In this document: positions 16,200 to 24,986 of the stretch, piece after piece | Numbering within the stretch: the first letter of the stretch is position 1 | Layout: every line of letters begins with the position of its first letter | NCBI GenBank assembly: GCA_963718895.1 | Contig: CAVRAG010000005.1 | Location: forward strand, 1 to 24,986 | Direction: 5' to 3' | Origin: an uncultured Nitrososphaerota archaeon | GTDB lineage: Archaea > Thermoproteota > Nitrososphaeria > Nitrososphaerales > Gagatemarchaeaceae | Length of the DNA: 24,986 nucleotides | The notes under the pieces: model-generated | The model's database searches: none | The model's input: only the letters and a program-made list of their open reading frames with translations | Told to the model about the DNA's origin: nothing | Made by a program: the position numbers and the translations under genes

Positions 16200-17810
16200 T
16201 TGGCCGTAGCCCGCCTCAGTAGGGTCACGCTCGGGGCGCCCAGGGGCGAGATTGGGACGGTCCTTGCCAGGGTCATCGAGTTCGGGGCGTTCCACCCTTC
16301 GAGACGGGAGGGGATGGTGCAGGACATCGGGATATTGCTCCTTGCTTCCCGGGCCCAATCGGTGGGCGCCAAGGCGAGCGAGCTTCTGTCCCTCGGCGAG
16401 ATGAAGGGAAAGGGGAGCGCGGAAAAGGTCGAGAGGTTCGAGGCGCACACCGTCGAGGACCTGGTTGGTCTCCTCGAGGAGTACGTGGACATCATTGAAA
16501 AGAACCTCTCGATCTTCACAGAGGCGGAGGACATAAGGGGGGTCGTGGACGTGCTCGCCGCAGTCCGCGAGGCGTCGGCGGTGATTTTCAGGGACCTTCA
16601 GAGGATTTTGGTATATCCCTCCAGCGATGGACGAGTGAGGTTCGAGGGCTTCGTTCCCACCAAATCTCTGGAGCATTTTCGAACTCAGCTGGGCGGGTAC
16701 ATTCTCCAAGTCGACCCTGTCAGGACCCAGACGAAGGACAGCCCATACGTCCCCACGCTATTAGTGAATCCAAGAGTCATCGCTGTCTTCGAGGACATGA
16801 CGCTCCAGCGGGGCCTCCCACGCTACGGCCAGGTCGATCCCACGCCGATACTCGCCTTCGCCTTCCCGTTGTTCTTCGGGATAATGTTCGGGGACGTGGG
16901 TCACGGAATCGTCCTGCTCGCCCTCGGGACGTACCTAGTGTACCGGACCACCTACGTGGGCTGGGGGAAGCTGATCCTCGTGCTGAGCTCGTCGACCACC
17001 CTCTTCGGGTTCCTGAGAGGGTCCTTCTTCGGACTCACCTTCGTGTCCCCTGTTCAGAGTCTCGTTTCGCTGCCCCCGGCCTTCAGCGCCAGCTTCACTC
17101 TCTCGTACATCCCCTTGCTGCTGGAGGTGGCTATAGCCATCGGGACCTTTCACCTCGCCAGTGGATATGCCATCGCCTTCGTCAACCAGCTGAGGGCCGG
17201 TAACTTCCTCGACGCTTATCTCAACAGGCTTCCCACGATCGTCCTCTACGCCTCCACGGTGGTCTTCGGGTTCGCGGTCGCCGGGACAGACCTGAAGCTC
17301 GACACGCTCCTCACAAGCTCGGCGCCCACCCCCTTGTTTGACGACCTCCTCGGGATACAGGTGCCCATATCGACCACATCCCGGATTACCATACCCCTCA
17401 TGCTCGCGACCTTGGCAGTCCTGGTGCTGGGCCATCCCGCCGAGGAGTACGAGGCCAGCCGGAGCTGGACCAGGGCTGTCCGGACGCTCGGCAGGGGGCT
17501 GGTCGACGCCCTAGCGAAGCCATTTGAGTTCTTTGTCAACACACTGAGCTACATGAGGCTGGGGGTCCTCCTCGTGACGACAACGCTACTGGGCAGCTTG
17601 GTCGCCGGGGTGATGCAGCGGGGCCTCGTGGGGGTCCTCGCTGCGCTCTTCATTAACGTGGCCGTAATAGGACTGGAGGGCGTGATAGTCTACATCCAGG
17701 ATATGCGGCTCCAGCTCTACGAGTGGTTCTCTCAGTTCTACGTCGGAAACGGCACGCCCTTCGAACCCCTGGTGTCTAAAGGCTCGTCTTTTGCTATTGT
17801 CTGGAACTGA
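16200..17810 (+). CDS. A/V-type ATPase subunit I (a)-like protein, stand-alone and shortened
   Basis: 'DPTPILAFAFPLFFGIMFGDVGHG', 'NTLSYMRL', 'IQDMRLQLYEWFSQFYVGNGTPFEPL'; 536 aa. Confidence 0.88.
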   Translation: MAVARLSRVTLGAPRGEIGTVLARVIEFGAFHPSRREGMVQDIGILLLASRAQSVGAKASELLSLGEMKGKGSAEKVERFEAHTVEDLVGLLEEYVDIIEKNLSIFTEAEDIRGVVDVLAAVREASAVIFRDLQRILVYPSSDGRVRFEGFVPTKSLEHFRTQLGGYILQVDPVRTQTKDSPYVPTLLVNPRVIAVFEDMTLQRGLPRYGQVDPTPILAFAFPLFFGIMFGDVGHGIVLLALGTYLVYRTTYVGWGKLILVLSSSTTLFGFLRGSFFGLTFVSPVQSLVSLPPAFSASFTLSYIPLLLEVAIAIGTFHLASGYAIAFVNQLRAGNFLDAYLNRLPTIVLYASTVVFGFAVAGTDLKLDTLLTSSAPTPLFDDLLGIQVPISTTSRITIPLMLATLAVLVLGHPAEEYEASRSWTRAVRTLGRGLVDALAKPFEFFVNTLSYMRLGVLLVTTTLLGSLVAGVMQRGLVGVLAALFINVAVIGLEGVIVYIQDMRLQLYEWFSQFYVGNGTPFEPLVSKGSSFAIVWN

Positions 17811-17877
17811 AACTGGAGGTAGTTGGCCTGCAGAACATTTGGAGCGGGTTCTACTTCTACTCGGACATCTAGTTAGA

Positions 17878-17938
17878 TGTCGAAGTATGTGTAGCGGTTA
17901 GCCACTACATCTTTTTTATTACTAAACTTCGCCGTGCA
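17878..17938. repeat. 61-bp intergenic repeat, copy 2
   Basis: Matches 15585-15645; preceded by the hairpin GACATCTAGTTAGATGTC. Confidence 0.85.
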
Positions 17939-18276
17939 TTTTGAAGTTAACTTCTGCCTACAGTGTTCCTGAATCACATGATCCGATACTGGTGGACTTG
18001 ATCATTGGCATTTCACGGCGCTGTTGGCCACCTCAAGGGTTCCTGCCTTGATTGTCGAAGTCGTGGTACATGCACTTTGGGTCCGCGAGCGAACGGCTCG
18101 GTCAGCAGCAGTTCGCCGACTGAACGAGAACATAGGAACCTGTCCGTTGCCTTACTCCTAAGGGAATCTCGATGGTCTCCCCCCGGGTAGATTTTGTTGG
18201 CTCGGAGTCTCGAGAGCAAATCGACGCCGTCCTCGATTCCCATTTTGGCCGCGATTTTGCTTGGAGTGTTCTGAAT

Positions 18277-19045
18277 TCAACCTATCAGTTTCAAGATCAA
18301 CTGAAGTGCGAACACCCACATTACAAGCCCGAATCCCACCTTGACCCAGTCTGAGCCAGTCCGCACCATGAGTCTTGCACCCAGGGTTCCGCCAATCGCG
18401 ACGGCCAGGAGGGTCGGCAGGATTGAGGGAGTAGTCTAGGTGCCCGAAGGCAGAATGCCCAAGTACGCCGAATAGGGACGAGAAGATTACGACAAATCCA
18501 GACGTCCCCGCCGAGAGCTTAGTTGGTAGCCTGTATGCGAATATCAGGAATGGGACGATGAGGATTCCACCGCCTACGCCAAGGAGCCCTGAGATTATTC
18601 CGACTCCAAAACTGAAGAGCGCTATGATAGCGTAGGTAAGTCGCGAGGGCCGCTTCGGACCAATTTCGGCCGCTGGAGTCTTCTCCCAGTGGGTGTACAC
18701 CATCCTGCCGCCTGCTCCAAGGAGGAAGATGACGAACAGCCACAGGAGCAGCGTTGTGCTGACGAAGTTGCCCTCGGCACCACCGAGGAATGACCCCGCT
18801 ACGATTCCAGGAATGAACGCGAGAGCAAGACGCAGGTCGACCAACTTCTCTCTATAGTAGACGATGGTCGCGAAGAGAGCCGTCACGAGGTTGAGAACCA
18901 GAGATGTGGAGGAAGAGACGAGGGTCGCGTACCCGAGCAAGAAGAGGGTCGGCGTGTACAGGGAGCCGCCGCCCTGCCCGAACATGGAAAAGACTAAGGA
19001 GATGAGGAAGACAGACGCGACTGATATCACTAGAATCGGGTCCAT
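18277..19045 (-). CDS. TSUP (TauE/SafE) family transporter, one frameshift near 18423
   Basis: 'SMFGQGGGSLYTP', 'SGLLGVGGGILIVP', 'AGTS'. Removing one base restores 'ILPTLLAVAIGGTLGARL...LKLIG*'. Confidence 0.88.
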
Positions 19046-19148
19046 CAAGCTCGAACTCCCTTTTGTTGCGTGTTCAAGCACAGAAATGCTTCTGAACGGG
19101 GCTTTCGACCCGCCTCGCTCGTTCGGGTGACATGGAGAGAATCTCCCT

Positions 19149-20180
19149 TCAAACGGACTTCACCTGGTCGTCGGTGGCCGCTTTTGCGTCCGAAGTTTTC
19201 TTCGGCGCGGCCACTGTGGACTTCAGCCAGCGTCTCAAGGATCCCAGCGAAACCACCACCCAGATGGCGACGAGACAGACGTACAGGAACTGCGAAGCCG
19301 GTCCGAACGGGTCGAGGTATCTGGAAAGCGAGATGGTCCCGAGGGTGAACGTCGCAGTGGGGAAGACGTAGCTCCACCAGCCGATGTGGAACGGAAACCC
19401 CGCTCGCGCATACCCCCTCAGCAGGAGCACGTTCACAAGGATGATCCAAACGCCGAAACCCCACAGGCCGGACCCTACCAAGACGGCTAGTGGCGCCAGG
19501 TTCATGCCGAGGAACGGGGCGGACGAGTTAGAGACCTGCAGGATGTCAGCTATCAGGATCCCGATTGGGGCCAGCATGATGTAGTTCGTCGGCGCGAGTT
19601 CGACGGGTGGGAGGCTGTGGCTCAAGAGCCTGAAGAATAGCACGCTCAGGATGAGCACGAAGAGCATGGTCCCGATCCCTGGATAGAAGAGCGAAATGAC
19701 CAGGCTCAGCTCGCTCACAGGGTAGAGGAGGATGGCATTGGTGACCAGGATCGTCGCGACGGGTGTGATGAACCATCCGCCGTGCAATTGGGAGAGCTCC
19801 ACGTTCATGTTCGAGAAGAAGTGATAGGGAAGGTAGACGGACAGGGCGAGGATGAGGGCGCCGCCGTAGACGAGCAGCCCCACGTCTATCGGAGAGGGGA
19901 AGAGCTTCCTGCACAGTATCGCGAGGATGACCGCCGAGATCGGCTGAAGGGCGTAGAAGTTGCCAGGCAGGGGGTTCCGCAGCTCGGCCTTGACTACTCC
20001 GGGATATCTGATGGTCTTGGCCGCCAGCAGCGCCGTGAACAGCACGAAGAGTGCGCTGAGAAGGTAGGTCAGCAGCAGCGTGAGAGCAGGCACGAAAGGC
20101 TGAGAGGCGAGCGCCACCCCGCCTGTTCCCAGAATCACGCCGAAGGTGGTGACGGAGAAATCCTTGATCTTCAATGACAC
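19149..20180 (-). CDS. TDT family (TehA/SLAC1-like) transporter
   Basis: 'FGVILGTGG', 'GGWFITPVA', 'IMLAPIG', 'FHIGWWSYVFP'; about 10 TM helices. Confidence 0.88.
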   Translation of the reverse strand: MSLKIKDFSVTTFGVILGTGGVALASQPFVPALTLLLTYLLSALFVLFTALLAAKTIRYPGVVKAELRNPLPGNFYALQPISAVILAILCRKLFPSPIDVGLLVYGGALILALSVYLPYHFFSNMNVELSQLHGGWFITPVATILVTNAILLYPVSELSLVISLFYPGIGTMLFVLILSVLFFRLLSHSLPPVELAPTNYIMLAPIGILIADILQVSNSSAPFLGMNLAPLAVLVGSGLWGFGVWIILVNVLLLRGYARAGFPFHIGWWSYVFPTATFTLGTISLSRYLDPFGPASQFLYVCLVAIWVVVSLGSLRRWLKSTVAAPKKTSDAKAATDDQVKSV

Positions 20181-20190
20181 ACACCGACCG

Positions 20191-21351
20191 TCACGTTGGA
20201 GTCGGCGAAGGCGGCTCCGGCACGTCCTGGCTCAGAGTGCCACTTGCTCCTCCGGCGCCGTCGGTGTGAAACTTAGAGACGCTCGCTGGTGCAATCCCTT
20301 GACGTTCAAGGATGGTTGGTGCCGCCGGCATCGCGTTCTTTTGCGCGAGGAGCTTCCTCACGGGCTTCTCAAGATTGATGTAGATTATGGAGAGGATCGG
20401 CTGTATCATCGGGATTATCGAGGGAGCGATCGCTGACACAGGGTTGAGGGCCATGGTCGCTATGGCCGCGGCGACGCTCTGGTTCTTCGAGACGGAGATG
20501 AAGGCCACGGCCTGGTGGTCCTCGTATGACAGGTGCATGGCCCTGCTGACCAATACAGAGATGACGAGCATTCCGACTATGATTGCCGACTGGAATCCAA
20601 TGATGTATCCGACGGTCTGAGGCTTCGCGACCATCACCGGGGCTTCCTTGTCCACGAGCACGAAGATCAGCGCGAACATGGAAAGCATCGTGGCCAGCGA
20701 GAGGTACGGCCTGATCGCCTTGTTGACGAAAGACGGCCCCTTCTTCCTGAGGAGAGGGTACCTGGTCAGCTGCCCCACGATGAAGGGCAGCACGAGTATG
20801 TAGAGCACCGATGTCAACACGGGCTCTATCGGGACCGCGGTCGAGACCTGGCTGCCATAGAGGCTCAGGAAGAAGGGGATGGCAGGAATCGCGATGACGA
20901 AGCTCAAGACCGCGAGCGCCGTTGCGAGCTCGATGCTGCCTCCCGCGATAAGGACGTAGCCGAGGGAGGCGCTCGAAGCAGGGACGATGTTCGCGGTGAC
21001 GAAGCCCATGCCTATCTGGCTGTTGCCGAACGTCGGGGCGAGCCCGAATGCGACCAGGGGGGAGAGTACGAACACGTAAATCAGAGAGACGACCATCGGT
21101 TTCCACGACCTGAAAGACTTCGCGAGGCCCTCGGTCTTGAGCTGTATCATAGAAGGGTAGATCGTGAGAATCGCAAAGACGATGACCAGATTTGAGAACA
21201 GACCCTTGTTAGACGCCGTGAACCCGCTCGAGTAGTACCCGACAAGCAGCGCGATGGCTATGGAGAGCACGGTGTAGACGATGAGGTACTTCCTCACGTG
21301 CTCTGAGGCGAGGCGCAGTCTACCCGTACGGTACGGCTCGAGAGACGTCAA
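20191..21351 (-). CDS. acr3: ACR3-like / bile acid:sodium symporter family arsenic resistance protein
   Basis: 'TIYPSMIQL', 'LIAGGSIELA', 'ILVLPFIVGQLTR', 'SKNQSVAAAIA'; same strand and cluster as arsA and arsD. Confidence 0.75.
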   Translation of the reverse strand: MTSLEPYRTGRLRLASEHVRKYLIVYTVLSIAIALLVGYYSSGFTASNKGLFSNLVIVFAILTIYPSMIQLKTEGLAKSFRSWKPMVVSLIYVFVLSPLVAFGLAPTFGNSQIGMGFVTANIVPASSASLGYVLIAGGSIELATALAVLSFVIAIPAIPFFLSLYGSQVSTAVPIEPVLTSVLYILVLPFIVGQLTRYPLLRKKGPSFVNKAIRPYLSLATMLSMFALIFVLVDKEAPVMVAKPQTVGYIIGFQSAIIVGMLVISVLVSRAMHLSYEDHQAVAFISVSKNQSVAAAIATMALNPVSAIAPSIIPMIQPILSIIYINLEKPVRKLLAQKNAMPAAPTILERQGIAPASVSKFHTDGAGGASGTLSQDVPEPPSPTPT

Positions 21352-21364
21352 ACGCGAAGCTCAC

Positions 21365-22009
21365 TTACAACCCGCCTTTCGGAGCGCTGAGTTGCGATTC
21401 GACGTAGCCTGAGCACGGAATGCAGAGCGTCTTCCCTTCCACCTGGCGCGCGTACCGCTCAAAGAGGTACTCTCCACACTTGGAGCATCTTGCCCTGTTG
21501 AAGCGCGCAGCCGGCCTTTCGAAGCTAAAGTTGGGCATTCGTTCCACCTTGAAAATCTCGTCGTCCGGTGCGTTCAGGACCACTTCCACGATCGCTTCGG
21601 CCACTCCGGACGGAATCTCCGACGGTTCCACCCCGGACTTGCGCAGGCTTGAGAATTCATGCTTGACTAGCAAGTCAATGAAGTCCGGCTTGACCGATAC
21701 CCTGACGGCGCCCTTTCCCGGCTTGTAGAGCACGAAGGCGAACTTTCCGTAGTTGAGTCTCTCCATGAGGAGTTTGCCATAGGTGCAGCCCGTCGACGCC
21801 TGTATCCCGTCGTTCATGCACGTGTTCGGGTGCCCCTCTCCCATCTCAGACAGCGCAAACATCCTGTGGTCCTTCTCCCTCTCCACTCCGAGCTCCCGCA
21901 TCGCCACCAGCCCCATCCTGTACCCTATCGGCATGAAGGGACATCTGTGGCCGTGGAACTCCCACGTCCAGGCCGGAAGTTCTGACTGTTTCGGCATGTC
22001 GTTCGACAA
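21365..22009 (-). CDS. FmdE family protein with C-terminal C4 zinc finger
   Basis: 'EFHGHRCPFMPIGYRMG', 'CMNDGIQASTGCTYGK', 'CSKCGE...LCIPC'. Confidence 0.9.
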   Translation of the reverse strand: MSNDMPKQSELPAWTWEFHGHRCPFMPIGYRMGLVAMRELGVEREKDHRMFALSEMGEGHPNTCMNDGIQASTGCTYGKLLMERLNYGKFAFVLYKPGKGAVRVSVKPDFIDLLVKHEFSSLRKSGVEPSEIPSGVAEAIVEVVLNAPDDEIFKVERMPNFSFERPAARFNRARCSKCGEYLFERYARQVEGKTLCIPCSGYVESQLSAPKGGL

Positions 22010-22031
22010 ACTTGATCGCTCTCAGTCCTTA

Positions 22032-22165
22032 CTACAGAATTCGTAGCATTTATGTTCCAATGTTCGAAGCCTTAAAGCAACTATGACGAACCGAAGTGAG
22101 CCCAACGAGGTTTGTATGTGTGCTCTGGACGGTATCATGAATCTGCTCGGGAAGAAATGGGTCTT
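22032..22165 (+). pseudogene. Duplicated promoter plus 5' fragment of an HxlR-type regulator gene (MTNRSEPNEVCMCALDGIMNLLGKKWVL)
   Basis: Ungapped 134-bp homology to 24450-24583 (ATG 22083 corresponds to 24501); truncated at the arsA 3' end. Confidence 0.88.
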
Positions 22166-22171
22166 AGTTCC

Positions 22172-24065
22172 TCAGATGCCATCGAACACCCTTCTGCCTA
22201 ATGACCTCAGGTCGTCCAGCCCCTTTGGTTCCCTCTCGAAGAGGGGCACCGCCATCTGAGGCGTGCCGAACTTTTCCCGGATCGATCGAGAGGTACCTTT
22301 CCTGCTGGGCTCTCCTCTTCCCGAAGAACTCATTTCTGCCGTAGTCCTGAGGAAGAAGGTAGTTGACCGCGACGAGACCGGCTTCTATTCCGACCTGCTT
22401 CTTCAGGTCTTCAGAGGCCCGCCACGCCTCGACTATTGGAGTGAACTCCGGATACACCACGAAGACGAAGGTGCTCTCATCCTTGTTCCTCATCGTGTCT
22501 ATGACGTGTGAATACTTGTTTCGTGTCTCCTCCGACGTGCTCTTCGTCAGGGTTCCCAGGTCCATGAAGCCCTTCCAGTCAGTAGGCAACTCGAGGAGCC
22601 TCAGAGTGTGCCCGGTCGGAGCCGTGTCGAAGACGATAACGTCGTAGCCGGGAAGCTCGAAGTAGCCCATGAATTTCTCGAAGGCCGACATCTCCTCTGC
22701 GCAGGGAGAGTTCAAGTCCTCCTCGACGGACTTCTTTGTCCCGGCATCCTGGTCCTTGACCACGTCCAGTATTCTCCTCTTGTATTCCTCGAGGGCCTTC
22801 TTCTGGTCAATCCTCGCCGCGAACAGGTTGTCAACCCGTCTGATCTTTGTGACCTCGTGCTCGACCGGCTGTCCGAAGATCTCCTGAAGATGGGATGCTG
22901 GGTCGGTTGTAAGGATCAGGGTCTTGTACCCCTTTTCGGCGAGGTAGAGGGAAGTGATGGAGGCTGCAGTGCTCTTCCCGACGCCCCCCTTCCCGGTGAA
23001 GAAGACGTATCTCGTCGTCCTCCCTTTGCCCTTGCGCGGGGTAAGGAGTCCGATCAGTTCGTCTTGATGATTCCTAGCGTTGAGCGCTGGTTTAGGACTG
23101 CTTCCGGCGACGCCCAAGACAGCGCCGGCAACGCTTGTCTTCTCGCCAGTCACTCCTTCGTAGAGGTAACTGCCGACGGACTCAAGGGAGCCCAGCCCGA
23201 TCACCTCGGTATCTTTCAGCGGGAAGTAGGACTTGTCAATGTCCTTGAACTCCTCCCCGATTGTTGCTAGCACCCTTACCTGCTCCTCCCTCTTCTTCTT
23301 GAAGAACTCGTCCGTGCACGCCTCCTCCGGCAGAACGCCGTTGATTATCAGAGAGCGCGTCTCGATACCTAGCCTGCTCAGCTCGTCCATGCTCCTCTTC
23401 GTCTCGAAGAGAGACAGAGTCTCCGGTTTTGAAACGAAGACGAAGAGAGTCCTTTCCTGGTCCTGAAGGTATGAAATCGCCTTTTCGTACTTCGACTTCG
23501 CCATCTGTAGCGACGCACTAGGCCCAATGCACGTCGTGGTGTTCTCGTTCAATGTCTCGCTCCACCCGCTCGGCAGTTCGAGCAGCCTGATTGTGTGCCC
23601 CGTCGGGGCAGTATCGAATATCACAACGTCGTATTTCGGGTCATCCATGAACTCGATGAACTTGTCAAATGCCGCTACCTCTTCCACACATGGGCTGTTC
23701 AGCTGCTCTCCTATGACCTGCAGCTGCTTCTCGTCGCTTATGATCTGCCTCATCGGCGAAATGGTTCTCTCTCTGTACTCCTGAGTTGCTACATCGGGGT
23801 CTATCTCGATGGAGTAGAGATTGTCAATCCCGTGGATTGGAGTGACCTTGGAGCCGATCTCCTGTCCGAATATGTCTGACAGATTGGGAGCTGGATCCGT
23901 GGTGACGAGCATCGTCTTGTAGCCTTTCTTTGCTAGCCAGACGGCTGTCGCGCAGCTCATGGTGCTCTTTCCGACTCCCCCCTTCCCGGTGAAGAAGACG
24001 TATCTCGTCTTCCCATCCAGTCGTTCGTGGTCAATGAATCGAGAGAGCGTGCTCGTGTAGGTCAT
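22172..24065 (-). CDS. arsA: Arsenite-activated ATPase ArsA (two ATPase halves); frameshift near 22285
   Basis: Two 'GKGGVGKST', two 'TDPA', two 'DTAPTGHT'; Cys in 'PCVEE', 'TTCIG', 'PCAEE'. The corrected C-terminus '...PLFEREPKGLDDLRSLGRRVFDGI*' ends at 22172. Confidence 0.95.
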
Positions 24066-24088
24066 TCCGAATCAGCCCTTGCCTATCG

Positions 24089-24427
24089 TCACTGTAGTAC
24101 CTTCGTGCGGCCCTCGATCTTCTCTTTCAGCTCAACGTAGCTAAGGTACTTCTGCTTGGAGACAATTTCTCCATCAATGGTCATCAATGGAAGGCTGGCC
24201 ACCCCTTTAGCTCTGAGCAAATTCGCGACCTCTTTGTTTGCAATGAACAGGGGGACATTGAAAGACAAGCTAGCACGCGTGATGGCCAGTTCATCCTTGT
24301 ATTCCCCTTGAAGCCTCTTGAGCGTTTCACTGAACTCGATCAGTTCCCTATCCGGTTCTGGACCGCACACGCCCGTGGAACAACACATGGCGCCTTCGTA
24401 CACCACCAATTGCGTAACACGATTCAT
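24089..24427 (-). CDS. arsD: Arsenic metallochaperone ArsD
   Basis: 'YEGAMCCSTGVCGP', 'LPLMTIDGEI'; directly upstream of arsA. Confidence 0.93.
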   Translation of the reverse strand: MNRVTQLVVYEGAMCCSTGVCGPEPDRELIEFSETLKRLQGEYKDELAITRASLSFNVPLFIANKEVANLLRAKGVASLPLMTIDGEIVSKQKYLSYVELKEKIEGRTKVLQ

Positions 24428-24445
24428 TGGTATCTACTCCCGGAC

Positions 24446-24468
24446 AATGCTACGGAATGCGTAGCATT
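24446..24468. promoter_or_regulatory. Operator-like inverted repeat AATGCTACG-N5-CGTAGCATT overlapping a TTTATA box
   Basis: Perfect 9-bp arms in the arsD/regulator divergent intergenic region; degenerate copy at ~22028-22050. Confidence 0.7.
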
Positions 24469-24500
24469 TATATTCCGATGTTCGAAGCTACATAGCGACT

Positions 24501-24893
24501 ATGAAGAGCCGAAGTGAGCCTAACGAAGTTTGTATGTGCGCTTTGGACGGCACCATGGATTTGCTCGGGAGGAAATGGGTCTTGTTTGCGATCAACTCAA
24601 TCGGTCGACATGGTACAATAAGATTCAAGGAACTCTACCTAGAGCTGCGCGGCGTGTCCCCTTCGACCCTCTCTTGGATTCTTCGGAACCTTCAGGCCGC
24701 GGGCGTGGTAGATAGGAAGTCCTTCGCAGAGATACCGCCGAGGGTGGAGTACAGCCTGACGCAGAACGGTAAGGACCTTCAGCGAGCGATACAGCCTTTG
24801 CTCCTCTGGGCCAGCAAGCAGGACAGCTATCCTGAGAGACTCGAGAACTGTGATCCGAAGCGCTACGTGGAGATCAGTATCCACTCCCCGTGA
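24501..24893 (+). CDS. HxlR/DUF24-family winged-helix regulator with N-terminal CxC
   Basis: 'LLGRKW', 'RFKEL', 'GVSPSTLS', 'FAEIPPRVEYSLT'; Cys in 'VCMC' and near the C-terminus. Confidence 0.92.
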   Translation: MKSRSEPNEVCMCALDGTMDLLGRKWVLFAINSIGRHGTIRFKELYLELRGVSPSTLSWILRNLQAAGVVDRKSFAEIPPRVEYSLTQNGKDLQRAIQPLLLWASKQDSYPERLENCDPKRYVEISIHSP

Positions 24894-24986
24894 CAAGCCC
24901 GCATGCCCACCCCAATACTCATATTGATGAGCGGGTAGAATTCTTCCTCAAACTCTGACTTTAAACTCGAAAGTAAACTTGGCAGT

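Noticed and set aside
21365-22009. Evidence for methanogenesis from the FmdE-like gene
   Set aside because: FmdE-family proteins are widespread outside methanogens, and no other fmd/fwd genes are present.
2005-24065. Programmed frameshifting or mass pseudogenisation (receiver, integrase, TSUP, arsA)
   Set aside because: Isolated single-base indels in otherwise well-conserved genes, with no shared slippery motif, are more simply explained by unpolished long-read errors; this cannot be settled without reads.

Overview
Archaeal genomic window. A tRNA with bulge-helix-bulge (BHB) introns and TTAAATA/TTTATA boxes supports this; a Nitrososphaerota-like host is my inference only. Left (450-6400): a frameshifted KaiC/RAD55/GvpD-like ATPase, a receiver protein and sensor histidine kinase, a YqjD/YqjE-like pair and a CPA2 cation:proton antiporter. 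Centre: a tRNA-Lys(UUU) gene with two non-canonical introns is the integration site of an ~8.9 kb element bounded by a perfect 20-bp direct repeat (6549-6568 and 15438-15457). The element carries a tyrosine integrase, an AbiEi/AbiEii-like type IV toxin-antitoxin pair, and a ~1.1 kb non-coding block of several regularly phased repeat or palindrome arrays. It also holds a PIN remnant and two diverged copies of the 3' end of a probable VirB4-like gene, each followed by different surface or membrane cargo genes. Right: UspA and a stand-alone A/V-ATPase subunit I, flanked by a 61-bp structured repeat. Then comes an arsenic-resistance cluster (arsD, arsA, FmdE-like, ACR3, TDT, TSUP) next to a Cys-bearing HxlR-type regulator whose promoter and 5' end are duplicated. 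Many genes carry single-base frameshifts, which may be long-read assembly errors rather than real pseudogenisation.
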